Of a stretch of 64,000 nt of DNA, positions 36,201 to 48,494 are shown piece by piece; the stretch's first letter is position 1; each line of letters opens with the position of its first letter. Origin of the DNA: Macrostomum lignano (lineage: Eukaryota); NCBI GenBank assembly GCA_002269645.1, contig NIVC01001826.1:62001-126000 (forward strand), written 5' to 3'. A program made the position numbers and the translations under genes. The notes below the pieces were generated by a model, which was not told where the DNA came from, ran no database searches, and saw only the letters and a list, made by a program, of their open reading frames with translations.

Positions 36201-39200
36201 CATGATAATCCAGGGGCGATTAGCCATGATAATCTAGGGGCGATTAGCCATGAGAATCTAGGGGCGATTAGTCATGAGAATCTAGGGGCGATTAGCCATG
36301 GAAGAATCTAGGGGCGATTAGCCATGAGAATCTAGGGGCGATTAGCCATGATAATCCAGGGGCGATTAGCCATGATAATCTAGGGGCGATTAGCCATGAG
36401 AATCTAGGGGCGATTAGTCATGAGAATCTAGGGGCGATTAGCCATGGAAGAATCTAGGGGCGATTAGCCATGAGAATCTAGGGGCGATTAGCCATGATAA
36501 TCCAGGGGCGATTAGCCATGAGAATCTAGGGGCGATTGGCCATGATAATCTAGGGGCGATTAGCCATGAGAATCTAGGGGCGATTAGCCATGAGAATCTA
36601 GGGGCGATTTTCTATGAGAATCTAGGGGCGATTAGCCATGAAAATCTAGGGGCGATTAGCCATGATAATCTAGGGGCGATTAGCTATGAGAATCTAGGGG
36701 CGATTAGCCATGAGAATCTAGGGGCGATTAGCCTTCTATGAGAATCTAGGGCGATTAGCCATGAGAATCTAGGGGCGATTAGCCATGATAATCTAGGGGC
36801 GAAAATGAGAAAATGAAAATGAAAATTTCCACGAAAATGAGCACTGTACTCACCAAACTGTGCTGATGCGGACTATTAGATAGCAAGAATTCTGATGCAG
36901 GTGTCCGCAATCTGACATCAACTGTGCGCAATTGCCCATCAAAAACCGAAATCAAATGCAATCGGCCAATAATAACATTACTATTATGATTACTATTACT
37001 GTAGCCACTTTCAACATTGTTAGGCACGAAACCGACAGCGTACAATTGGCCGGCTCGATGCAGCGCAGTCAAAGGCGTCATAGATGCACCCTGCGACTTG
37101 GTTGGCACCAAGCGGCCAGTAGACCAGATCACGTGACCACGAGCGTCAATAGCGGAAACGGAGGCGCTAGAAGAATCCGAAACGATAATTAAGTTAATGC
37201 TGCCAGATGATGAAGACGAAGACGATGACAAAGTCGTTGGCGACTGTTGGTGTTGCTTCTCGTTGCTAGGCTGGAGTCTGGACAGAAGCAGCGGCTAGAA
37301 TTAATAATTAATGAGGGGGTAGTGGCGATCAAATGCGATATCTTTTATTAGGGATAGTTTCTCATCTGAGGCAAGAGGCCTGAGAAGAGGAGAGTGGAGA
37401 TGGCGAGACGGGGAGAGATAAGAGAGGGGAGACGGTGAGATGAGAGGGGAGATGGTGAGATGAGAGAGGGAAAATGGTGAGATGAGAGAGGGGAGATGGT
37501 GAGATGAGAGGATATGTGAGATGAGAGAGAAGAGAGGCGAAGAGGAGATGTGAGATAAGAGAGGGGAGACGGTGAGATGAGAGAGGGGAGACGGTGAGAT
37601 GAGAGAGGGGAGATGGTGAGATGAGAGAGAAGAGAGGCGAAGAGGAGATAAAGAAAGTTGGCAGAGGAAAAAAGGAGCAAAACCCGGGCAATTTTCAGAA
37701 CAAACCAAATCAATTGAACAAATCAATTCAACACTCACGGGATGCAAGATCGAGCCAAGCAAGACCGGAAATCCTATCAGGGAGACGAATCTATTAGCCT
37801 GAGCATCGAATCTGTGAGCAAACAGGCGACCAGATGCGGACGCAATCACCAGACTGTAGTGAGAGTGCTCAGGCAGTAGGCGAGCCCACAGTGGAGCTGA
37901 TAGCAGGTAAGCTGGCTTGGCTGATGACAGCTGCAATATTTGTTGGTTTAATGGGTTCATTTGTATGCGATTTTTATAGACTTTCGAGTGTTTTTCAGTA
38001 GCGATTCTTTAGGAGTGATTCTTTAGGGGTGATTCTTTAGGGGTGATTCTCATGGGGTGATTCTTTAGGGGTAATTCTTTAGGGGTGATTCTCATGGGGT
38101 GATTCTTTAGGGGTGATTCTTTAGGGGTGATTCTCATGAGAAGATTCTTTAGGGCTGATTTTCATGGGGAGATTCTTTAGGGGTGATTCTCATGGGGAGA
38201 TTCTTTAGGGGTGATTCTCATGGAGGATTATCAAAGGCGATTTTAGGGATGATTCTTATTGGCGATTCTTAGGGGGCGATTCTTTAGGGTCGATTCTCAT
38301 GGGCGATTCTTTAGGGTCGATTCTCATGGGCGATTCTACTCAAAAGCAAGACCAGATCCCGAGGCCAATCCCAGCTCACCCAGCTGTGCTCAAGCCAGTG
38401 CCATAGCAACGGTCTCCGCTGACTCAAACTATAGAGCAGCAGGCCTGACACGAGGCGCCTCTCCCCTACAAAACTGACGCCGAGCACGAATTCTTCGCGC
38501 AAATTGTCGGCATTACAATCGCATAGCAACGGAGTAGCGAATACAGACGGACTCAATAGTTCGAATTGTCCATCTGCTCTGCGGTCGCGGCTGCTGTAAT
38601 CCGAGTCCGCACTGTCAGTGACAACTATTGGCACCGAGGCGGCCGATGCAGGGGAGTCAATTAGTTGAGCAGACGATGCAGATGAAGACGGCGCGGATGC
38701 TGGGCTGGACAGCCAACTGGCCGGGATGCGGATTGAGGGAAGCTGAAAGAGAAAAAGTGGGATGGTATGAGATCAATTAATTCCATGCGTTACAATAATC
38801 CCCTATAATCTTCTTATTATCGAGATTGACACTTTTAACTTATCCTAGTCAATAATCCTCAATTTAATAAATCCCAAAATTCAGTATCCTAACTGATAGT
38901 AGTTATCCTATTCTCCCAATCGACATTCATTCCAAAATCTAAATCGATAATCCTTCAAATATCCCAATCGATAATCCTTCAAATATCCCAATCGATAATC
39001 CTTCAAATATCCCAATCGATAATCCTTCAAATATCCCAATCGATAATCCTTTAAATATCCCAATCGATAATCCTTTAAATATTCAAATCGATAATCCTTC
39101 AAATATCCCAATCGATAATCCTTTAAATATTCAAATCGATAATCCTTCAAATATCCCAATCGATAATCCTTCAAATATCCCAATCGATAATCCTTCAAAT

Positions 39201-40801
39201 ATCCCAATCGATAATCCTTCAAATATCCCAATCGATAATCCTTCAAATATCCCAATCGATAATCCTTTAAATATTCAAATCGATAATCTTTCAAATATCC
39301 CCATGGATAATCCTTCAATTATTACAATCATTAATCCTTCCAATATCCCAATTGATAATCCTTCAAAAATCTAAATCGATAATGCACAAGCCACCCGGCT
39401 CACCCGATTCTCGTGCTTGAGCTCGCCCATCTGAGAATAAAAGTGCAACCCGCCAGAGTGGCTAACAAAGACCAGCTCCTCTTCGCCGTCACGATCAACG
39501 TCGAACTGCATGATGGCAAAAAGAAAAAAAACGATAGCATTGAAAGAAAGTTAAAAGAATATTAAGCAGCCAAAACAAGTAGAAACTGTGTAATTAGCTG
39601 CCCACATAGAAGGCCAACTTCCAAAGCAGGGAGTATGTACACGTACACATGTTCAACGATTAGAAAGTCAAAGGGCCGCTGCACACCCTGTGCGAGAGAG
39701 CGCCTCACTGCTTGCCTGCCTCCATTGAAAAATTAATAATCAAAGTAAGTATGAAAGTAAATAGAGAGGTAAGTATTAGGCAATTCGAGAGGCAGCTAGG
39801 TAGATAGATAGGGAGGTAGATAGGCGGTTAGACAGGCAGGTAGATAGGCGGGTAGATAGGCAGGTAGATAGGCGGGTAAATAGGCGGGTAGACAGGCAGG
39901 TAGATAGGCAGGTAGATAAGCAGGTAGATAAGCAGGTAGATAGGCGGGTAGACAGGCAGATAGATAGGCAGGTAGATAGGCAGGTAGATAGGCGGGTAGA
40001 TAGGCGGGTAGACAGGCAGGTAGATAGGCGGTTAGACAGACAGGTAGATAGGCGGGTAGACAGGCAGGTAGATAGGCGGGTAGACAGGCAGGTAGATAGG
40101 CGGGTAGACAGGCAGGTAGATAGGCGGTTAGACAGGCAGGTAGATAGGCGGGTAGACAGGCAGGTAGATAGGCGGTTAGACAGGCAGGTAGATAGGCGGT
40201 TAGACATGCAGGTAGATAGGCGGTTAGACAGGCAGGTAGATAGGCGTTTAGACAGGCAGGTAGATAGGCGGTTAGACAGGCAGGTAGATAGGCGGGTAGA
40301 CAGGCAGGTAGATAGGCGGGTAGATAAGCAGGTAGATAGACAGATAGATAAGCCGGTAGATAAGCAGGTAGATAGACAGATAGATAAGCCGGTAGATAAG
40401 CAGGTAGATAGGCAGTGCGGCCTCACCCTAACAGGCGCGGCAAAGTGCGCCTCCCCGTGGTGAAACCTGGGCCAAGCGCCCAGACCCTCGGCGCGCCCGT
40501 CGCCGGCGCCAATAATGCTGAAGGCGCCGTCGAAGCCGGCCAAGACGATCTCATCAGCGCCGTCGGAATTCAAATCCATAACTAGCGGCTCAGCGGCAAA
40601 CCTGTGCCCTATAGGCGGCGTTCTCCAGGTCACCTGCCAGGACCAGGAGTTCGTGGCCACCGGCAGCGTGGTTGGCGCCGCTGACGACGAACTTGCCAAC
40701 GATGTTTTAGCCTCGCTGCTGGCGTTAGAAACCAAGTTGACTGGCTTGGCTACTACTGACGGAATGGCTACTATTAGTAGCAATAGAGGCGCGTAACCCA
40801 T
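33261..40801 (-). CDS. DEX1-like FG-GAP/VCBS-repeat type I membrane protein, about 753 aa; exons 40801-40427, 39505-39404, 38742-38380, 37930-37739, 37294-36854, 36092-35771, 34239-34196, 34102-33980, 33560-33261
   Basis: Signal peptide ([18 protein letters not shown]); FG-GAP-type Ca-loop motifs ([22 protein letters not shown]|[24 protein letters not shown]); WPRFH matching plant DEX1 WPAFH; and a C-terminal TM plus tail ([17 protein letters not shown]...LPFVARHSD) resembling the recalled DEX1 end. Nine exons join in phase. The family assignment rests on recalled similarity. Confidence 0.78.
33580..33830. repeat. Degenerate ~27-bp repeat (GGATCCCACATTGGGGATCTT), DEX1-like intron 8
   Basis: Direct reading. 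Confidence 0.8.
34280..35730. repeat. G-rich minisatellite (GGGATGAGGGAGGGGAT(C/T)TC), DEX1-like intron 6
   Basis: Direct reading; about 1.45 kb. Confidence 0.96.
36110..36800. repeat. 24-bp minisatellite (ATGAGAATCTAGGGGCGATTAGCC), DEX1-like intron 5
   Basis: Direct reading. Confidence 0.96.
37380..37660. repeat. GA-rich repeat (GGTGAGATGAGAGAGGGGA), DEX1-like intron 4
   Basis: Direct reading. Confidence 0.9.
38000..38335. repeat. 15-bp minisatellite (GGGG(T/C)GATTCTTTAG), DEX1-like intron 3
   Basis: Direct reading. Confidence 0.92.
38930..39380. repeat. 24-bp minisatellite (ATCGATAATCCTTCAAATATCCCA), DEX1-like intron 2
   Basis: Direct reading. Confidence 0.95.
39790..40415. repeat. GATA/GACA-derived 24-bp repeat (GTAGACAGGCAGGTAGATAGGCGG), DEX1-like intron 1
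   Basis: Direct reading. Confidence 0.95.
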
Positions 40802-40959
40802 ATTCTATATTATTGACTCTTTAAGCTGATAGAAGACTTAGACGGCATTTCTTTTGCAACACAGAAGTTTAATGTCATTTTAAAAATTATATTTATGCTT
40901 AACTCGATAAAAACAAACTTGAATGTACACAAGCTAAGACACCGACAAATCAGACTCGC

Positions 40960-41540
40960 TGCAATCAACCACCCCCACAATGTACACTCGCTGCAATAAA
41001 ACACCCACAATGTACACTCGCTATAATCAAACATGCACAATGTAGACTCGCTGCAATAAAGCACTCACAATGTACACTCGCTGCAATAAAACACCCACAA
41101 TGTACACTCGCTGCAATAAAACACCCACAATGTACACTCGCTGCAATAAAACACCCACAATGTACACTCGCTGCAATAAAACACCCACAATGTACACTCG
41201 CTGCAATAAAACACCCACAATGTACACTCGCTATAATCAAACATGCACAATGTAGACTCGCTGCAATAAAGCACTCACAATGTACACTCGCTGCAATAAA
41301 GCACTCACAATGTACACTCGCTGCAATAAAACACCCACAATGTACACTCGCTGCAATAAAGCACTCACAATGTACACTCGCTGCAATAAAGCACCCACAA
41401 TGTACACTCGCTGCAATAAAGCACCCACAATGTACACTCGCTGCAATAAAACACCCACAATGTACACTCGCTGCAATAAAGCACTCACAATGTACACTCG
41501 CTGCAATCAAGCACCCACAATGTACACTCGCTGCAATCCT
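40960..41540. repeat. 30-bp minisatellite (CACAATGTACACTCGCTGCAATAAAACACC), about 19 copies
   Basis: Direct reading. Confidence 0.96.
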
Positions 41541-42093
41541 ACAATCAAGCCCTAATCTTTATACTTAAACTAAACTCCTATGGCTCATTTATTGAAATAA
41601 TAATTAATACATGATTTAAACTAAATTGCACAAATAAAACTTATGTAATAATAAAACAATGATAAATTTTACTAAATTAAAATTTTATACAATCGCTTTC
41701 GCAGATGTCTGAATCACGTATTATTAGTAGCATATTTAATATAACATTTCATGAAATGTAACGCGTGTGTACTATACAATTACTAGAAGAGCAATCAAGG
41801 TCAACACGATTTATTTGAAAGAGAATTAGTATTATAAATTTTAAACTTTCATCCTACAGTAGTAAAGCCTCATTCAAAATAAAGAAATTAAAAAATTAAA
41901 AAATGCAACCAAAATTTCGAAAAATTACGAATCGGAGGCTTCTGTTTTGTTACTAGTTATCCAAAATCTACCATTACTCATCGCAGATTTTTAAGTTCAC
42001 CAAATTATTAAAATTACTAACTACGCCGAACATCAAAGAACTTTTCTGTTTAGTTTTTACTTTACTCTCAAATAATAGTATAACAAATTCTGT

Positions 42094-43258
42094 CTATTTA
42101 TCTCCGCCACCTCGAGACGAAGGCTTCTCGTAATTCTTTAGAAATTCTTTCACTTTCTCAGACAACAGTACCGGATCGTACATAAGCTCTGGTAGGTCGT
42201 AGTTCTTCTGAGCGTAGGCGCCGGCATAAAATCCGGCGATAAAAACCAGCTGTCGGAATAGTGGAGGGTGCAACGGTGCGTGAAGGGAAGAGATTTTATT
42301 GGCGACTGGTTGAATGCACAGTGGACTAGGCTAGGCGGAAAGAGATACAAGAGGTGGCTGTTTGAATGTACACTAGGCCTAGGGGAAAGAGATTCAAGTG
42401 GCTGTTTGAATGTACACTAGGGGAAAGAGATTAAAAAAGTGGCTGTTTGAATGTACACTAGGGGAAAGAGATTTTAAAAAAGTGGCTGTTTGAAAGTACA
42501 CTAGGGGACAGAGATTCAAGAAGTGGCTGCTGAATGTACACTAGGGGAGAGATTCATGAGGTGGCTGTTTTAATGTACACTAGGGGAGAGATTCATGAGA
42601 TGGCTGTATAAATGTACACAAGAGTAGAAGGTTTCATGCGTTTTCATGAATTGTGAAAATAGTGTTTATATCTGTCGAAGATAGACTATAAAAACTTTAA
42701 TAAAAGTATCTATGACTTACGATTCCTTTAATCATTGTCAAAAAGCAGCTCGGTAAATTATTGTGAGCGCATGCAAATAAAGAATTTTATTATAATAGAA
42801 CTATTCGCAAGGTTATTGTTTTTTACTATGATTTAATTTGTTTTATCTAACAAAACTGCGAGTGGAATTCGACAAATAAAATAACTTAAAGAGAAGGCAC
42901 AAATAAATCTATTCTGAAGCAAACCTCAATATATTTACGTACTTTTAAGAGAGTATGAAAGCATAGGTAAAAACCATGAATGAGTATTTCAGCAAATTTG
43001 CTCACCTTTAGGAGGGTACTAATATATGTAAGCACTGCGTGTATTTATAAAAATAGGTTTTTACTAGTGCAAAACGAAACAAAAATTGGCGATAATGCCA
43101 AAAGCTACTTCAATCTGAAAACCATAGCATCCCGTTGATTGGTAATGAAAATCAGACAATAATCCAGCTACTCATTTGCTTTCAATTAGTAAAAATATGC
43201 AGCAATTGTTTAATATTTAGATTATATTTTAGCCTATTAGATAAGGATAATTACGCAT
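42094..43258 (-). CDS. STMP1-like (short transmembrane mitochondrial protein, DUF4535-type) microprotein, 62 aa; exons 43258-43255, 43034-43006, 42249-42094
   Basis: ATGC|gtaatt, acgcag|TG...AAG|gtgagc and ccgacag|CTG...TAG give MLLTYISTLLKLVFIAGFYAGAYAQKNYDLPELMYDPVLLSEKVKEFLKNYEKPSSRGGGDK. The hydrophobic GxYxGxY segment followed by NYD(L/I)P and a basic tail matches STMP1. The last exon is the best supported and the 4-nt first exon is less certain. Confidence 0.72.
42350..42620. repeat. ~36-bp minisatellite (GTGGCTGTTTGAATGTACACTAGGGGAAAGAGATT), STMP1-like intron 2
   Basis: Direct reading. Confidence 0.88.
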
Positions 43259-43319
43259 GCCATATACATGAAGGGCGGGTTGAGAGCTGGTAGGCGACGG
43301 GTCCCTTCGGGGTAGGGGT

Positions 43320-43860
43320 TGGTTGAGGGATATTGGGGATGGGTGTACATTTGGGGGTTGGTTGGGGCTATTGGGGACGGGTGTACACTTGGGGGTTGGT
43401 TGGGGCTATTGGGGACGGGTGTACACTTGGGGGTTGGTTGGGGCTATTGGGGACGGGTGTACACTTGGGGGTTGGTTGGGGCTATTGGGGACGGGTGTAC
43501 ACTTGGGGTTGGTTGGGGCTAGTGGGGGCGGGTGTACATTGGGGGTTGGCTGGGGGCTACTGCATGGGGGACGGGTTTACATTGGGGGTTGGCTGGGGGC
43601 TACTGCATGGGGGACGGGTTTACATTGGGGGTTGGCTGGGGGCTACTGCATGGGGGACGGGTTTACATTGGGGGTTGGCTGGGGGCTACTGCATGGGGGA
43701 CTGGTGTAGATTGGGGGTTGGTCGGGCTACTGGGGGGCGGGTGTACAAATGAGGGCTGTTTAAGAGCTAGCGGAGGACGGGTGTACATTTGAGGGCTGTT
43801 TGAGAGCAAGAGGGGGACAGAAGGCGGGTGTACATTGGGGGTGAGGGATGATTGGGGGTT
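43320..43860. repeat. G-rich ~38-bp minisatellite (GGGGACGGGTGTACACTTGGGGGTTGGTTGGGGCTATT)
   Basis: Direct reading. Confidence 0.92.
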
Positions 43861-44454
43861 GGATGGTTGTACATTTTGGGACCGGTTTAATAATCTAATG
43901 AATTTAATAAAGGTATCAAACACAAACCGATGCACTCAAAGATTCCATTTCATTGAACGTTAAACCCTGAACATTAAACGACATTGCTGTAAATTTATCT
44001 GGATAATAAAATTGTTCACAAGCTTATAAAGCACAATGACAAAAAAATCAAATCGAACGAAGGAATGTTACTTCTATGGATATATTATAATTTCTATGCT
44101 TTCACAACAGAATGCTTGCTTTAACTACAAATTTTTAAAGCAACTTGCATCAAAAATCAATTTAATCTATAACATTACTAAGCACTTAATAGTGTACTAC
44201 GAGCGTACTTAGAAACAGAGCCTTATTGTTCATCAGTAGGTAGACAGTGGGTGTTAAAGAGAGATCCATTGCACTCTTCCAGAACTAAGTTTAACTAAAA
44301 GCAAAACGAAGCGAAAGAACGAACATCCACTCTAAGACAGAGCCATATAATGCAAGATTTGTGGCGTGAATAAAATATAAGTTACACAATTTTTGGCAGA
44401 GTTGTTTGACAAACTAAATACGCACGTATTTGGTAAACTCACTTTTCATCTATC

Positions 44455-45065
44455 ATCTATCTAGCATTTACCTGTCTATCTTAGCATCTACATGTAATCT
44501 TAGCATTTACCTGTCTACCTTAGCATCTGTCTGCCTTAGCATCTGTCTGCCTTAGCATCTACCTGTCTGCCTTAGCATCTATTTGTCTACCTTAGCATCT
44601 ACCTGTCTAGCTTAGAATCTACCTGTATATCTTAGCATCTGCATGTATATCTTAGCATTTACCTGTATATCTAAGCATTTACCTGTATATCTAAGCATCT
44701 GCCTGTCCACCTTAGCATCTGCCTGTCCACCTTAGCATCTGTCTGCCTTAGCATCTATTTGTCTACCTTTGTCTACCCTACCTGTCTAGCTTAGAATCTA
44801 CCTGTCTACCTTAGCATCTACCTGTCTACCTTAGCATTTACCTGTCTACCTTAGCATTTACCTGTCTACCTTAGCATCTACCTGTCTACCTTAGCATCTA
44901 CCTGTCTACCTTGGCATCTACCTGTCTACCTTAGCATCTACCTGTCTACCTTAGCATCTACCTGTCTACCTTAGCATCTACCTGTCTACCTTAGCATCTA
45001 CCTGTCTACCTTAGCATCTACCTGTCTACCTTAGCATCTACCTGTCTACTTTACTGAATGCCCAT
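44455..45065. repeat. 20-bp minisatellite (CTTAGCATCTACCTGTCTAC) downstream of the RagC/D stop
   Basis: Direct reading. Confidence 0.94.
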
Positions 45066-45137
45066 CTGCCTGTCCATAGACGCAAGTAGTCACAACAGGA
45101 ACACAATTCCTAATCAGAGTCCTCGCAGCTCCTTTAC

Positions 45138-48100
45138 TTAATCCAAAGCCGCCCCATTCGACAGCGAAGCCTCGACACTTTTCAAAGCGCCTGGCACCTG
45201 GCTGTCAGAAGCGGCTGCAATCGAACTACTCAAACTCTGCTTAAGCGTAAGCACTCGCTGCAGGCCCTGCCTGACTCGTTGGAAATTGTACTCGATAATA
45301 CCCTGCCGGTCCATGCTCTCCTCGCGCAGCACGCAGACCAAAGCCAGGTGCCTGTCAACGCCGCGTAGCAACAACACGGTGCTGTTATCCAACCGGATGG
45401 ACGAGCAGGTGTCCTCGCTGAAGCCGAGTTCGTCTGATTCTTGGCTGCGAAAGGTAAACAATGTGTCTAATAGGTCATTAGGTATCGGTCATACGGAGCA
45501 TTCTTACCATTCGAGCATACCCCATGCTTGCTTATGCAGTGCAATCTGATCATTGGATCATAACAGAGCAATCTGGTCATCGAGTCATAACAGATCAATC
45601 TGGTCATTGGGTCATTAGGTCGAACAGAGCAATCTGGTCATTGGGTCATAACAGATCAATCTGGTCATTGGGTCATAACAAAGCAATCTGGTCATTGGGT
45701 CAAACAGAGCAATCTGATCAAGTCATAACAGAACCATCTGATCATTAAATCATAACAGAACCATCTGATCATTGAATCATAACAGATCCATCTGGTCATT
45801 GAATCATAACAGAGCAATCTGGTCAAGTCATAACAGATCAATCTGGCCATTGAATCATAACAGAGCAATCTGGCCATTGAATCATAACAGAGCAATCTGG
45901 CCATTGAATCATAACAGAGCAATCTGGCCATTGGGTCACAACAGAGAAATATGGTCACTAGGTAATAACAGGATAATCTGGCCATAGGATCATAACAGGA
46001 TAATCTGGCCATTGAGTCATAACAGATCGATTTGGTCATTAGATGATCATAACAGAGCATCAGAGAGAAAGCCAGTCAATGGGTCATACACAGTGGTCAA
46101 TCCACTATACTAAAAACAAAAGCCAACTGTACCCACCCTTCCGAGTAGATTGTGGTGACGTCCACAACCAGATCTATCATATCGCAGCACAGTTCGTAGA
46201 CTTGCATATCAACTGGCGAAGGATCGGTTGCTATGTAGATTTTTGTAGCCACATCGAATAAGAATGCCTTCTCTAGGCCGGAGTTCTGTAGTGGGGAGGG
46301 GTTACAGGCAAAAGTATAATTTCTTCCTAAAAACTCCTCATAAATCTAATATTCAATATAAGGCGACAAACTTACATTGCAGAAGATATTAAGCAAGCTT
46401 TCAAAAGCGCCCATATGCGGAATCAACTTCTGTACAACTTTGCTGAACGCCTCAAAAATTGAATGATCGTAAATAGTAGTCAGGTGGTAGTGAATGTTGA
46501 TTACCTCGTTACCTGTAATAGAGTTCAATGGCGTTTTATTCCTTATGCGAATATAATACTACTGAAATAAAAAGTACGAGCGAAAGTAGCATGCAATGAA
46601 TTTTGTTGTCGTGATCAGGCCAGCAGGTGATAAAAGACGACAAAAATTAAATTGACATTCAAATTAAATTATGTATACTACTTAAACTACTGACGTAAAG
46701 AAGTAGTAATATTTATTTTCAAGGCAACCAGAGAAGAGAAAATAGTTTGAAAAGAAAAGTTTGAAATACTACTTGATATTTACTTACAGATTTAGTAGCA
46801 TGAGAAGCATATTAATTTTTATTACTACCTTTATAAGACTTTTTGCAGTGCGCTACTCATACTACTAGAATTTTTGGAAGTAGCATTATTGACAATTTTC
46901 TATCAAAACTTTCTAGACAAATTGTTCCGAGTGGGTCAAGAATGAATCGAACCCCGGACCTTTCAGTCGTGAGTCCGACGCTCTAACCAATAGGCTACAA
47001 CCCCCTTTCCAGATTAACAAACTCACCATTGCCAATATCAATGAGTAGATCGTTGGCTCGTTGAGTAATATCGCATTGAACTTCGATTTTCTGTTCGTCA
47101 GTCAGGCCGTCAACCTTGTGTATAAATACTTCGAATTTAATTCGCGGATTAACATTATAAGCGCCGCTAACTAGGACTTTAAGCCGATCGATAGCTTCCA
47201 TGTAGTCGTCTTGGGCGTCGATAACAAAAACTATGGCGCCTGTGCTCGCAAAAGTGTCGCTTGTATCGAATATATCTGTCAGGTAGTCAATGTGGCCAGG
47301 CACGTCCCAAACAGAGAATTGGATGAATGAGCAGTCCGATACTTCTGCAATATGAAATGGAATGTAATGAGTTTCTCGGGCATATTAGCTTCAAGGTTCA
47401 AGTAAAATATTTACTGTAGCTCTCTAGCTCCATGAAACTCACACCTCATCTCATCTCTTCCGGATGTCTATGAGACACATCTCATCTCCTCCGGATGTCC
47501 ATGAAACTCACACTTCATCTCATCTCATCTCTCCCAGATGTCCATGAAACTCATACATCATCTCATCTCTTTCAGTTGCCCATGAGACTCACATCTCACC
47601 TCATCTCTTCCAGATGTCCATGAAACTCACGCATCATCTCATCGCTTCCAGTTGCCCATGAGACTCACATCTCACCTAATCTCTTCCAGCTGTCCATGAA
47701 ACTCACACATCATCTTATCTCTTCTAGATTTCCATGAGACTCACACCTCATCTCATCTCTCCCAGATGTCCATGAAACTCACGCATCATCTCATCTCTTC
47801 CTGTTGCCCATGAGACTCACATCTCACCTCATCTCTTCCAGCTGTCCATGAAACTCACACATCATCTCATCGCTTCCAGATGTCCATGAAACTCACGCAT
47901 CAACTCATCTCTTCCAGTTGCCCATGAGACTCACATCTCACCCCATCTCTTCCAGATGTCCATGAAACTCACACATCATCTCATCTCTTCCAGCTGCCCA
48001 TGAAACTCACACCTCATCTCATCCCTCCCAGCTGCCTCATTTATTTATATTGAGTACAAAATTACATCGAGTCTCTCACCATCTTTCTGTATTTTGCAGG

Positions 48101-48494
48101 TACTCTCAAGAAACAGCGTCTCATTTGGGCTCATCTTGTGAAAGACAACTTTTTGTATAGAAGATTTCCCACTTCTACGCAGGCCCATCACCAGGATGCG
48201 AGGCTTCTCCTCAGGCGGAGTTTGCGGCATCGCCGTAGTACCCGCCATGGCCGCGCCTGCGATGCTTGCAGTTGACGCTGAACCAATTGGCGGCATTGCA
48301 GCACCAACGCCGGCTGATGCAGCGTCAACCTGGGAGGTGACACCGCCGCCCACGGTCAATCTGCCATTGCTAGCATTAGCATTAGACGCGGCTTGGCCAT
48401 TCATCAAGTCCACAGGCTGATCGTAGCCATATTGAGATGGGAAATTGCCAACCACATAGCTACCAATTATTGGCTCCTCAGATTCGGCTGCCAT
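45138..48494 (-). CDS. RRAGC: Ras-related GTP-binding protein C/D (Gtr2 orthologue), about 441 aa; exons 48494-48080, 47344-47027, 46512-46376, 46285-46137, 45444-45138
   Basis: [102 protein letters not shown] and a roadblock C-terminal domain. All junctions are GT-AG and in phase. Confidence 0.96.
45540..46070. repeat. ~27-bp minisatellite (ATCATAACAGAGCAATCTGGTCATTGA), RagC/D intron 4
   Basis: Direct reading. Confidence 0.92.
46930..47005 (-). mobile_element. Truncated tRNA-like head of the same SINE family, RagC/D intron 2
   Basis: The minus strand reads GGGGGTTGTAGCCTATTGGTTAGAGCGTCGGACTCACGACTGAAAGGTCCGGGGTTCGATTC, closely matching the head at 28260-28323. Confidence 0.7.
47430..48030. 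repeat. ~38-bp minisatellite (CCATGAAACTCACACATCATCTCATCTCTTCCAG), RagC/D intron 1
   Basis: Direct reading. Confidence 0.93.

Noticed and set aside
46930-47005. tRNA gene (also at 28260-28323)
   Set aside because: A and B boxes are present but there is no convincing acceptor or anticodon stem; one copy continues into a CORE-like body, so both are SINE heads.
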